Shown: positions 8,648 to 17,503, counted from the first letter of the stretch. The stretch: 27,421 nt of DNA from an uncultured Gammaproteobacteria bacterium (GCA_964364765.1 CAYINK010000001.1:1-27421), one strand, 5' to 3'. Numbers and translations: made by a program. The notes: a model not told the origin generated them from the letters alone.

Positions 8648-10766
8648 TTTGATCATTGTAACATATGTATTATTTTTTCTCTTATTGAGAGGAAAACTTC
8701 TCTTTACTCCTGATTTTGACCGAAGTGACGCGTTCCACCTAAATATATCTTTAAAATATTACCTTGCACAAGTGCTTAAACAAAACCAGCTCCCATTTTG
8801 GACGAATCTATTGCAGGGGGGGTTTCCCCTCTTTGCCGAGGGGCAAATAGGAGCGTTATTTCTCTCCAATATTTTTTTTCTTCGTTTTTTTGATTTTGTA
8901 AGCGCCTACAACGCACTTTTCATATTCGCTCTCTTTTCATTAACTCTAGGCATGTATGCATTACTGAGAAGTTTATCAACCTCAAAACTCCTTGCACTTT
9001 TGTACAGTTTCATTTTTACTTTTTGTGGCGCCATTAGTTTCCGGTGGGTGCACCTTAATGTTTTACAAACACTTTCTTTTGCTCCCCTATTATTCTGGAG
9101 CATTTTAATGTGGCACCGAGTGACGAAAGCCCGTTATGCATATCTTTCCGTATTATTGTCATCTCAAATATTATTTGCAGGACATATACAGATTGCTTTT
9201 ATCATCTTTCTTGCACTTTCCTTGTGGTATTTCCTCATTCTTTTAGCAAAATATAGAGAGATTAAGCGAATCATTTTCCCCTATTTTAAATACATTATCT
9301 TGCTCATAAGCGCTGTGATTATTGCGCTCCCTCAAATAATTCCCACTTTTCAATTAACCCGATACTCAACACGAGGGGTCGTGGGAGGATACCAGTACGC
9401 AACTCAGTATTCTATGCCAGGAAATCACCTTGTATCTTTTATTTCTCCTTATCTGTTTGGAAACCCTAAATTGGGGACATATCCTGAATTTCCCTCAAAT
9501 GCCGGTGTATTCTGGGAAAATACTCCATACATTGGTGAATTGCTGTTTATTCTTCTTTGTATTCTTTATATGTATTTACTGGTAAGAAGGAAGATAAACA
9601 TTCAAATTAACCTTTATTTTTTTCTTACTCTATTGTTTACTTTGCTTTCTTTGGGAAAAAATTCCCCGTTATATTTTATTTATGATATATTTCCCATTAA
9701 TGTCTTCCGTACACCTGCAAAATATTTATTGATGACCATTTTTTTTCTTATTATTGGCGGATCTCTTCTCACTCAACATTTTATAGACATTATTAAAAAG
9801 CCTTTTTTAAAGGTCTGTATCTATTTATTATTGTTTGGTAATTTAATCATACTGATGTATACAATCATTAACTACCATGTTTTTGTGGATGCTAAAAAAG
9901 TATTAAGTAAACCCCTCATTTCTCAAAAACTTGGCCCAAATGATACCTATCTCACCTATGGTTTTGACCGATTATGGCACATATATTTTGCAAAAAACGG
10001 ATGGAAAACAAACAAAGACATTGATTCTTACGTGTCAATGAACAATTATCTGATACCAAACTCAAATCTTATCTATGATCAAAAGACGTTTGATATTAAT
10101 ACGGGCGGACTGAGACTGCGGAGGGCCGATTATTTCACAGACCGCATCGGAGAAGCCCTATTTGCAAGCGATTCTGCTTTACTTTCTTCAGTTCAAGCCA
10201 GAAATCTATTGGAAATTGGAGGAATTGACTCAATAATTTCAGCAAAGACATTCATACTTCCCATCTTTAATAATTCTGAAAAGATACAGAAAGATAATAT
10301 AACAATATTTCTCAGCAAGAATACCGTTGATACTTTGCCGTACTACATTCCTCATATAGGTCGCTCGATTCAGTACCTGGATGATTTCACTGGACTGAAC
10401 AAAAAGGGCCTTGTGTCAACAAATGAAGCAGTTCTTGAGGGATATAAAGATTTTGTGCAGGATCCGCAGGATTACATCACCGAATACACTGAAACCGAAA
10501 ATCAATTAATACTGAGCACATCATTTCCACGTGACACATTTATGGTATTGAGGAGAAATTGGTACCCGGAGTGGAGTCTGGAGATTAATGGTAATTCTGT
10601 CCCCTTTTTCCGTGCTAACTTAATTCATATAGGTGTGTTGGTACCAAAAGGGTATCACAAAGTTATTTTGTCATATCGTCCCATATTCTTTTTTCAAGGA
10701 GTAATCATCGCCATTAGCTTCATGTTCTTCCTTGTTTTATTAAAATTCATTAAGCGGAGTTTTTGA
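8628..10766 (+). CDS. YfhO family membrane protein (GT-C fold)
   Basis: DRSDAFHL...LPFWTNLLQGGFPLFAEGQ; FAGHIQ; C-terminal RNWYPEWSLEING...RANLIHIGVLVPKGYHKVILSYRP plus a final TM. Start 8628 or 8601; the ORF-track start 8502 is implausible. Confidence 0.8.
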   Translation: MPYIPVILIIVTYVLFFLLLRGKLLFTPDFDRSDAFHLNISLKYYLAQVLKQNQLPFWTNLLQGGFPLFAEGQIGALFLSNIFFLRFFDFVSAYNALFIFALFSLTLGMYALLRSLSTSKLLALLYSFIFTFCGAISFRWVHLNVLQTLSFAPLLFWSILMWHRVTKARYAYLSVLLSSQILFAGHIQIAFIIFLALSLWYFLILLAKYREIKRIIFPYFKYIILLISAVIIALPQIIPTFQLTRYSTRGVVGGYQYATQYSMPGNHLVSFISPYLFGNPKLGTYPEFPSNAGVFWENTPYIGELLFILLCILYMYLLVRRKINIQINLYFFLTLLFTLLSLGKNSPLYFIYDIFPINVFRTPAKYLLMTIFFLIIGGSLLTQHFIDIIKKPFLKVCIYLLLFGNLIILMYTIINYHVFVDAKKVLSKPLISQKLGPNDTYLTYGFDRLWHIYFAKNGWKTNKDIDSYVSMNNYLIPNSNLIYDQKTFDINTGGLRLRRADYFTDRIGEALFASDSALLSSVQARNLLEIGGIDSIISAKTFILPIFNNSEKIQKDNITIFLSKNTVDTLPYYIPHIGRSIQYLDDFTGLNKKGLVSTNEAVLEGYKDFVQDPQDYITEYTETENQLILSTSFPRDTFMVLRRNWYPEWSLEINGNSVPFFRANLIHIGVLVPKGYHKVILSYRPIFFFQGVIIAISFMFFLVLLKFIKRSF
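8655..8663 (-). promoter_or_regulatory. Extended -10 promoter TGtTACAAT inside the yfhO-like coding sequence
   Basis: Minus strand reads TGTTACAAT-GATCAAA-ATG(8647). Confidence 0.45.
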
Positions 10767-12734
10767 AGTGTCAGAGTTTTTATCCATGATTTTAATAATT
10801 TTATTGAGGTTTGGATTGTTGTTTTCACATTTTTTATAATAATCTTTTAGTGATGGCAATAACCCTGAATTTTCAAAAAGTTTATTCAAGTCAATAGAAT
10901 TCAAATAAAATTTAGCCTCAACACACTTCGCCTGGTATACCAACAAATTCACGAGAACCAATTTTGATTTGGTGTCGTTTTTTCGGTATTTATCAATGAT
11001 GTCCTTAACAATCATCACTGACTTGTCTACGTCGCCCGAAGCAAATAGGAGCTTGCCATAGTTAAAGTAACTATTAATGTAATGGTCTTGCACAACATTA
11101 AGATGTAATATCTTTTTTAATTCTGCATCCATTTCAGGTATTTTGTAAACACGACTCCAAAGGAGCTCATTTTCCTTGAGGAGTTGTTCAGTTTCGGATG
11201 AGATTGTCACCTCCGTTTTATAATACTTCCATAACAGACCATAAGGTTTCCAGGCTCCACCTCGGGCATTATCAAAATAAACTCCAAAGCGTGCGTTGCG
11301 TTTGACAAAATCACTTAGATCCTTATTCTTATCATACGGCTCCGGTATAGAAAGCTCAGGATATTTCACACGTATTTGGTCTCGGTAGTATTTTTTGTCA
11401 AGAATGTTGATAAAAATAAACTTAACATCTTTTCGATACCCCTCTGCAAAATGGTAATATGCGGTTGTAAAGTAGCTGTTGTCAGCGCCCACAAAAAATA
11501 TGGCACCCGCGGGGACCGTATCCAATAAATTTTTAGCATAAATGGCAAAATAATCAAGCTTTGGAACCCTTTTAATTACCTGATAATTTTGAAATACAAT
11601 GATGCCTAAATAGCTTATCAAAAAGAGAGAATAACCATACATAAGAACTTTTTTTAAGTAAGCGTTCTTTATCCACTTCCGTGAGAGTTTTATCAATACT
11701 TCGTATGAATAAGCCACTCCATACGCAAGAGGGATGATAAATAGCAGGTAAATGGGTATGAGGAAGCGCTCATACATGGCAATGGTGAAGGAGCCCGAGA
11801 GACTGAAGTTAGTATAAAAAAGAAAAAATAAGTGAAAAAGCATAGTTACCGTAAAAAAAATAAACATCTGCCTATTACTTCTTCTTAAACGGAATATGCC
11901 AATGATGGCAAAAAATAAACCCATAATGCGAAAATCATGGAGGGCAAATATAAAAAAGGAAAAACTATCAAATAGCTGGTTTGTTATGCTTCCAGAAGAA
12001 CCCATATATGCTTTAAAAACTCCATAAGTTGACCGAGTTATGAGGCGTATAAAACCATCTATTGTTTTCGCATTTTCCCAATCAAGCGGCGGTGAATAGT
12101 GGCTTGCCATCACTGAATACAAATAAAATGAAGCTCCAAGTACAAATGACAACACTGCAAGCAAAAGAACTTTTTTTGTATATTTTTTATGTAAAAAAGC
12201 TTTCCACTTCAATTTTAACAAATAGAGCCATCCGGGAATAAACAGTATAAAAATATGATGATTGCTTACATTGAGTCCTATTAAAAAAAATATGAAATAA
12301 AGGACAAATAAGCTACTTTTTGTTGAATATTGAAATAAAAGAAATGTAATTGCTATAACAAGTAGATTATGAATCGCAAATACTTCTGGTATTTCTGCAT
12401 ACAGCCAGATTGGAAAAAGAAAAAGATACAAGGAGGCCGAAAAAAGAGCAATTAACCGTGGAATTTTTAAATATGTTAATATCCTAAACAGTATGTAGCT
12501 AGTAATGATGGTTGCAACTGAGGAAATCAGTGAGACTCTCCAGGGGGTAGAATAAAACGGAACCAAATAATTTATCGCACGGGAAAGAACTGAATATAAT
12601 GGGTAACCGGGGGGGTGCGCCACACTGAATGTGCTGGCTACAAGAGAAAACTCAGCGCTATCACCGCCAAAAATATAGTGCGACTGATTAAAGAGGAGAA
12701 CTATAAACAAAAATAAGTAATAGAGAAGAATCAT
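10740..12734 (-). CDS. DUF2723-domain membrane glycosyltransferase (TMEM260-like protein O-mannosyltransferase family) with TPR-like tail
   Basis: Signature GGDSAEFSLVASTFSVAHPPGYPLY; YAEIPEVFA; SNHH; PPLDWENAKTIDGFIRLITRSTYG; ERFLIP; GADNSYF. Confidence 0.85.
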   Translation of the reverse strand: MILLYYLFLFIVLLFNQSHYIFGGDSAEFSLVASTFSVAHPPGYPLYSVLSRAINYLVPFYSTPWRVSLISSVATIITSYILFRILTYLKIPRLIALFSASLYLFLFPIWLYAEIPEVFAIHNLLVIAITFLLFQYSTKSSLFVLYFIFFLIGLNVSNHHIFILFIPGWLYLLKLKWKAFLHKKYTKKVLLLAVLSFVLGASFYLYSVMASHYSPPLDWENAKTIDGFIRLITRSTYGVFKAYMGSSGSITNQLFDSFSFFIFALHDFRIMGLFFAIIGIFRLRRSNRQMFIFFTVTMLFHLFFLFYTNFSLSGSFTIAMYERFLIPIYLLFIIPLAYGVAYSYEVLIKLSRKWIKNAYLKKVLMYGYSLFLISYLGIIVFQNYQVIKRVPKLDYFAIYAKNLLDTVPAGAIFFVGADNSYFTTAYYHFAEGYRKDVKFIFINILDKKYYRDQIRVKYPELSIPEPYDKNKDLSDFVKRNARFGVYFDNARGGAWKPYGLLWKYYKTEVTISSETEQLLKENELLWSRVYKIPEMDAELKKILHLNVVQDHYINSYFNYGKLLFASGDVDKSVMIVKDIIDKYRKNDTKSKLVLVNLLVYQAKCVEAKFYLNSIDLNKLFENSGLLPSLKDYYKKCENNNPNLNKIIKIMDKNSDTSKTPLNEF

Positions 12735-12740
12735 GTTTGG

Positions 12741-12749
12741 ATTATATCA
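12741..12749 (-). promoter_or_regulatory. Extended -10 promoter TGaTATAAT for the DUF2723 gene
   Basis: Minus strand reads TGATATAAT-CCAAAC-ATG(12734); perfect consensus. Confidence 0.65.
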
Positions 12750-12781
12750 AAAAAACACCCCCCCGAATCGGAGGGTGTTTT
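12749..12781 (-). terminator. Rho-independent terminator of the major pilin transcript
   Basis: Minus strand reads AAAACACCCTCC-GATTCG-GGGGGGTG-TTTTTTT: 8-bp GC stem with one G-U pair followed by U7, 17 nt after the pilin stop. Confidence 0.85.
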
Positions 12782-12798
12782 GAATTCTCAATTTTAGG

Positions 12799-13356
12799 TT
12801 ACTGGACGCACCAGAAACATGATTGTCCACCTGCGGCTGAAGTACCTCCTGCGGTACAGTCCGCGTAACTTGTCATAGTGCCATCCTGACCTGCGATGGT
12901 ACCAAATTTGGTGTTTGCATCAACTCTGAATGATTTTGATCCTGGTTGAAAGCACACCATCGCACGTTGCGTGCCCGTATTGTTGACAGCTGTAATAAAA
13001 ATCTTATCAAGTTGATCGCTTGAAAGAGTAAAGAAGTCCTGCTTCAACTCTCCGGCATCAATAACCGACTGTATGGAGTTACGTGCTGTTCCCGCTTGAC
13101 CGACAGAACCCCATACAAGTGTTGAAAATGGGAGAGAGCCACCTTTAACTGATGCATATCTAATAAATGAACCTGAAATTTCCGCAACCGTATTACGAAC
13201 ACCAGTATCTGTCCCCTTCTTGATCTGCTCAAGCGGGTCAAGTGCTGCAAGAAGAGCAACTGCTAAAGCACCAAGAAGCGCAATCACGATCAAAAGCTCA
13301 ATAAGGGTAAAACCCTTCGATCTATTCAGGGCAAGACCTTTTTTAAAGTTTTTCAT
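12799..13356 (-). CDS. pilA: Type IV pilin, probable major pilin
   Basis: RSKG|FTLIELLIVIALLGALAVALLAALDPLEQ; 4 Cys; located after pilC with its own strong promoter and terminator, as expected of the major subunit. Confidence 0.88.
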   Translation of the reverse strand: MKNFKKGLALNRSKGFTLIELLIVIALLGALAVALLAALDPLEQIKKGTDTGVRNTVAEISGSFIRYASVKGGSLPFSTLVWGSVGQAGTARNSIQSVIDAGELKQDFFTLSSDQLDKIFITAVNNTGTQRAMVCFQPGSKSFRVDANTKFGTIAGQDGTMTSYADCTAGGTSAAGGQSCFWCVQ

Positions 13357-13365
13357 AATATAATC

Positions 13366-13395
13366 ATATTAGTAAAAACTATTACCGTTTGTCAA
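13366..13395 (-). promoter_or_regulatory. sigma70 promoter of the major pilin
   Basis: TTGACA (13395-13390), 18-nt spacer, TAATAT (13371-13366), 9 nt to ATG. Confidence 0.7.
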
Positions 13396-13409
13396 GGGCT
13401 ATTTATTTT

Positions 13410-14609
13410 TTATTTGAAGGCGGAAGTTAGGTTGTATATAGGAGTAATAACGGAGATAACGAGAAACCCAACGCCGACACCAAGTACCACGAGAATAAGA
13501 GGCTCAATAAGAACAGTTAATGATTTTACTGCAATCTCCGATTCAGCTTCAAAGTAGCGGGATATACGCATGAGAGTATCATCAAGCTTTCCCGTCTGCT
13601 CACCGACGGTAGTCATCTGGACAAGAATGGGAGGATAAATACCTTCATTATCCATAGATTTACCTAACGCAAAACCTTTTTCAACCTGCTTATAAATGTT
13701 TATAAAAGAGTTCCGATATACCAAATTACCCGTTGTTTCAATAATAATATTCAACCCATCCAGAATTGATACTCCTGACGCAATAAGAATGGCCAGCGTA
13801 CGGGTGGTATCAACAAGAGCTGATATCTTGACAATTGGACCAAAGGCAGGTAAATTAAGGGAAACGGTATCAAAAAGTAGTCTCCCCTGCTTTGTACTGG
13901 TATATTTTTTAAATAAAGAAATGAAAATAAAAACGGCAATAATGACAAGCGGCCAAAACCGGGATGAAAAATCTGAAAGGGCGATAAGAATCTTTGTTGA
14001 TATAGGCAGATCAACATTAAAATCTTTATAGAGACCAAGAAGTTTAGGCACCACAAATGTAATCATGACAAACATAACCCCCAACATGCCGATAACCACT
14101 ATCACCGGATAGGTAAGTGCGCTTTTGATTTTTGAATTAAACTCACGTTGTTTTTCAAGATTCTCGGCAAGTTTAAGAAGTATCTCACTTAATTTTCCGG
14201 ATGCCTCACCCGATTTTACAAGTGCGATGTATAAATTAGAGAAATAATCCGGATACTTCCTGAGGGCCGATGAATAGGTATTTCCTTCGGTAACCTCTTT
14301 ATTTAAATTTTGTACGAGGGCAAGAAGTTCCGGTTTTTTAATTTGCTTTTCCAAAATATTGAAGCAGTCTATGAGAGTTAATCCCGCATTCAACATGATT
14401 GCCATCTGGCGGGTGAAGTCTACAATATCGGTAAAATTAATACGGTTGAATATGGAATCAAACTGGGGAAGAATGGATTCAATTTTTTTAACTTCAATGG
14501 GGATGTACCCATTTTTCTTAAGAAAGCCAACTACCTCCTGAGACGAAGCGGAATTGAGGTTGCCGGTTACTACTTTATCTTTCTTGAGGGCTTTATACCA
14601 ATAGTTCAT
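13410..14609 (-). CDS. pilC: Type IV pilus platform protein PilC / GspF family
   Basis: FTRQMAIMLNAGLTL, YIALVKSGEASGKL, IKSALTYP, MTTVGEQTGKLD, LIEPLILVVLG. Confidence 0.96.
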   Translation of the reverse strand: MNYWYKALKKDKVVTGNLNSASSQEVVGFLKKNGYIPIEVKKIESILPQFDSIFNRINFTDIVDFTRQMAIMLNAGLTLIDCFNILEKQIKKPELLALVQNLNKEVTEGNTYSSALRKYPDYFSNLYIALVKSGEASGKLSEILLKLAENLEKQREFNSKIKSALTYPVIVVIGMLGVMFVMITFVVPKLLGLYKDFNVDLPISTKILIALSDFSSRFWPLVIIAVFIFISLFKKYTSTKQGRLLFDTVSLNLPAFGPIVKISALVDTTRTLAILIASGVSILDGLNIIIETTGNLVYRNSFINIYKQVEKGFALGKSMDNEGIYPPILVQMTTVGEQTGKLDDTLMRISRYFEAESEIAVKSLTVLIEPLILVVLGVGVGFLVISVITPIYNLTSAFK

Positions 14610-14612
14610 GAT

Positions 14613-15665
14613 TTATAAAATAAATTTTTCAATCAGATTTTTACGTATGGCGTGTTCCATCGCTGTTTCTTTCGTTATTTGGCCCGCTTTGTATAGTTTT
14701 GATAAATATTTTTCAAAAAGAATAAGCCCCTGTTCTTCTCCTGTCTCGAGGACATTATCAAGCATAAAATTTTTTCCGTCACGAATAATCGAGCTGACGG
14801 AAGGAGTATTCATAAGTATTTCAAAACAGGGGATACGCGATAGATTTGAAATATCTGGAATTAGCCGTTGTGCGATGACACTGACTAAGGATGAGGCGAG
14901 GGAAGATCGTATTTGATACTGCTGGCTCGAAGGGAACACATCAACTATACGGTCAATGGCATCCTTAGCCGATCCCGTGTGTAGAGTTGAAAATACAAGG
15001 TGGCCCGTCTCCGCAATAGTCAAGACGAGTTGAATAGTCTCATAGTCTCTCATTTCTCCGACGAAAACCACGTCAGGATCTTCGCGCAATACTGATTTGA
15101 GAGCGGTAGACCAAGAAAGAGTGTCTTGATGGAGCTCTCTTTGGGATACGATTGATTTTGCGGGCGGATAAGTAAACTCAATCGGATCTTCAATTGTGAT
15201 GATATGGCGGGAAAATTTTTCATTAATTTCATTAATGATAGAGGCCATGGATGTTGATTTACCCTCTCCGGTTGGTCCGGTAAAAAGGACGAGCCCCTGC
15301 TTATAGGAGGAAAAATTATGAAAAATGGAGGGAAGGCTAAGCTCGTCTATTGTTTTAATTTTACTTGGAATCAACCGAAAAGCTCCACTCAAACTTTTTT
15401 TACTGGTGTATATATTTACCCTAAACCTATTCCCATTAAAATCCCAACCAATATCGAGTTCTTTATTTTCAATGAGGAACTGATGTTGTACTTGATTAAG
15501 AAGAGGAATAAGAAGCTTCTCAGTGTCCTCTCCTGTTAATATGCCAAACTCACGGAGGGCTAAAAGTCCGTTATTTATTCGCAGGGTAGGATAATAGTGC
15601 GGAACAATATGCATATCTGAAGCCTTCTTATCGATCGCTATTTGTAATAAATCATTTATTTCCAT
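14613..15665 (-). CDS. pilT: Type IV pilus retraction ATPase PilT/PilU family
   Basis: ASDMHI, RFRVNIY, Walker A GPTGEGKST, TIEDPIE, LREDPDVVFVGEMRD, ETGHLVFSTLHT. Start MEINDLL at 15665, 4 nt after the pilB stop. Confidence 0.95.
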   Translation of the reverse strand: MEINDLLQIAIDKKASDMHIVPHYYPTLRINNGLLALREFGILTGEDTEKLLIPLLNQVQHQFLIENKELDIGWDFNGNRFRVNIYTSKKSLSGAFRLIPSKIKTIDELSLPSIFHNFSSYKQGLVLFTGPTGEGKSTSMASIINEINEKFSRHIITIEDPIEFTYPPAKSIVSQRELHQDTLSWSTALKSVLREDPDVVFVGEMRDYETIQLVLTIAETGHLVFSTLHTGSAKDAIDRIVDVFPSSQQYQIRSSLASSLVSVIAQRLIPDISNLSRIPCFEILMNTPSVSSIIRDGKNFMLDNVLETGEEQGLILFEKYLSKLYKAGQITKETAMEHAIRKNLIEKFIL

Positions 15666-15669
15666 AGAG

Positions 15670-17376
15670 TTACACTTCGGCAATACGAAGAACTTCTTCG
15701 ATCGTGGTGATTCCGTCGAGTGCTTTTAAATAACCATCCTGTTTCATAATAATAAGACTTTCTTTCAGTCCTTGCTGTTCAATTTCTTTCGCTGAGGCTG
15801 AGGAAAGAATAAGTTTGTTGATGGAGGGAGTGATTTTCAAAACTTCAAAAATGGCCACCCTTCCTAAATAGCCTGAAAAATTGCACTCGGTACACCCTTT
15901 TCCCCGGAAAAGCTTCATCGGTTCACCTTTTGTATATTTTGACGGCAACAGGGGTCCGAGTACATTCATTACATTTTCTTTTACTAAAGGGGTGGGTTCA
16001 TACTCTTCTTTGCAAGTGTCGCAGATGCGACGTGCAATTCTCTGAGCTACTGAAGCGGAGAGGACGGATGAAATAAGAAACGGTTCACCTCCCAAATCGA
16101 TAAGACGGGGTATTGCGGTGGCTGAATCGTTGGTGTGAAGGGTTGAAAATACGAGATGGCCGGTGAGCGCGGCTTGGATGGCCAACTGAGTGGTTTCTTT
16201 ATCCCGGATTTCTCCCACCAGAATGATATTGGGATCTTGGCGGAGGAAAGATCGGAGGCCCGTTTCAAACGTTAGACCGGCCTGCGTGTTTACCTGTACT
16301 TGGTTTAAGCCCGAAATTTGATACTCAATAGGGTCCTCGAGGGTCACGATGTTTACCGTGGGTTTATTTAACTTGGTCAAAATAGAGTAAAGAGTGGTTG
16401 TTTTTCCCGAACCCGTCGGACCGGTAACCAGAATAATTCCGTATGGCTTGGTAATCGCCTCTTCAATATCTTTCAGTTGTGTGCCCCGTAGACCAAGCTC
16501 CCCCAGCTGGGGAAGTCCTCCGGTCTTTTTGAGAAGTCTCATGACAATTTTTTCTCCGTGCACAGTAGGCAAGGAGGACACACGAAGGTCCACTTCCTGC
16601 TCCCCCATCTTAAAATTAAAACGACCGTCCTGAGGAATACGCCGCTCATCGATCTTCATCTCAGACAGAATTTTGATTCTTGAAATAAGGGAATCATGGA
16701 TGGTGCGGGGAAGAGTTAATTTTTCCTGCAAAACGCCATCGATGCGATATCTCACCCTCGTTTTATCCTCCTCTGCTTCAATGTGTATATCCGAAGCGCG
16801 TCCTTTCATCGCAAACTCAAGTATTGTGTCAACAATTTTTGCAATGGGGGCTTCTTTCACCACAGTGGTTGCCTCCTTTTGTTTGATTACGTCGCTTGAG
16901 ACTTCTGCAAGAGCCTCCTTTACTTCGGGTGATAATCCGTGAGAGTAAGATATGCTAATACCATGGATAATATCGTCAATGTTTGCCAAAGTGAGAATTA
17001 CCCTCTTATTTGTCTTTTTTTCCAAAAAATCATTGAGATTAAAGTTGAGAGGGTCGCCTGTTGCAACATATACTGATTCGGTCTTCGGGTCATACGCATA
17101 AGGAAGTACATTATAGGTACGCGCCACAGATTCTGGGATAAAATTGAGGGCCTGGGGATCTGCGGCTGATGATGAGATGTCAATGAATGAAACATTGAGA
17201 AAGAATGCCTGAACTTTAAGCACTTCATCTTTTTTTATGGCGCTGTCTTTTAACAGATATTCGTAGATGGGCAGATTTTTATTAAGCGCATCAATCTCGA
17301 TGCGCTCTCCCTGAGCTTCATTGATGACTTTGTTTTCAATCAGTTTTGCAATAAATTGTTTTGGTGAGATTATCAT
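15670..17376 (-). CDS. pilB: Type IV pilus assembly ATPase PilB / GspE family
   Basis: ASDIHIE, RIPQDGR, GPTGSGKTTTLY, LRQDPNIILVGEIRD, LTGHLVFSTLHTND, tetracysteine CDTC...CTEC. Confidence 0.97.
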   Translation of the reverse strand: MIISPKQFIAKLIENKVINEAQGERIEIDALNKNLPIYEYLLKDSAIKKDEVLKVQAFFLNVSFIDISSSAADPQALNFIPESVARTYNVLPYAYDPKTESVYVATGDPLNFNLNDFLEKKTNKRVILTLANIDDIIHGISISYSHGLSPEVKEALAEVSSDVIKQKEATTVVKEAPIAKIVDTILEFAMKGRASDIHIEAEEDKTRVRYRIDGVLQEKLTLPRTIHDSLISRIKILSEMKIDERRIPQDGRFNFKMGEQEVDLRVSSLPTVHGEKIVMRLLKKTGGLPQLGELGLRGTQLKDIEEAITKPYGIILVTGPTGSGKTTTLYSILTKLNKPTVNIVTLEDPIEYQISGLNQVQVNTQAGLTFETGLRSFLRQDPNIILVGEIRDKETTQLAIQAALTGHLVFSTLHTNDSATAIPRLIDLGGEPFLISSVLSASVAQRIARRICDTCKEEYEPTPLVKENVMNVLGPLLPSKYTKGEPMKLFRGKGCTECNFSGYLGRVAIFEVLKITPSINKLILSSASAKEIEQQGLKESLIIMKQDGYLKALDGITTIEEVLRIAEV

Positions 17377-17381
17377 ACCTA

Positions 17382-17416
17382 ACTATAAATATACTAAAAA
17401 AACTTAAGTTTGTGAA
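17382..17416 (-). promoter_or_regulatory. sigma70-like promoter of pilB-pilT-pilC
   Basis: TTCACA (17416-17411), 17 nt, TATATT (17393-17388); alternative -10 TATAGT (17387-17382) 5 nt before ATG. Confidence 0.55.
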
Positions 17417-17433
17417 TTGTTTTTTCAGTATCC

Positions 17434-17488
17434 ACTCATCTAATCCACTTTCTCGCACTATCGTGCTTAAAACTGGAGTAAGATGAGT
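17434..17488. other. 55-nt imperfect inverted repeat (nested hairpin) in the pilB / holB-like intergenic region
   Basis: ACTCATCT/AGATGAGT, TCCA/TGGA and GCAC/GTGC stems are nested around a 4-nt loop. Confidence 0.65.
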
Positions 17489-17503
17489 ATATAGTTATTT
17501 TTC

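Noticed and set aside
8816-8822. G7 tract in yfhO (also G7 at 12609-12615 and G6 at 1866-1871) as phase-variation sites
   Set aside because: Short for slipped-strand switching; the two G7 tracts encode Gly-Gly and Pro-Pro in family motifs, and all frames are intact.
14760-15290. PilT Walker A GPTGEGKST and AIRNLIRE motif reading VSSIIRD
   Set aside because: Catalytic Lys, Walker B and His boxes are intact; within plausible family variation.
13696-17228. Numerous 60-111 aa ORFs overlapping pilC/pilT/pilB
   Set aside because: Alternate-frame or antisense shadows of strongly supported genes.
17200-17376. Possible c-di-GMP-binding MshEN domain in PilB
   Set aside because: No RLGxxL motifs are present.
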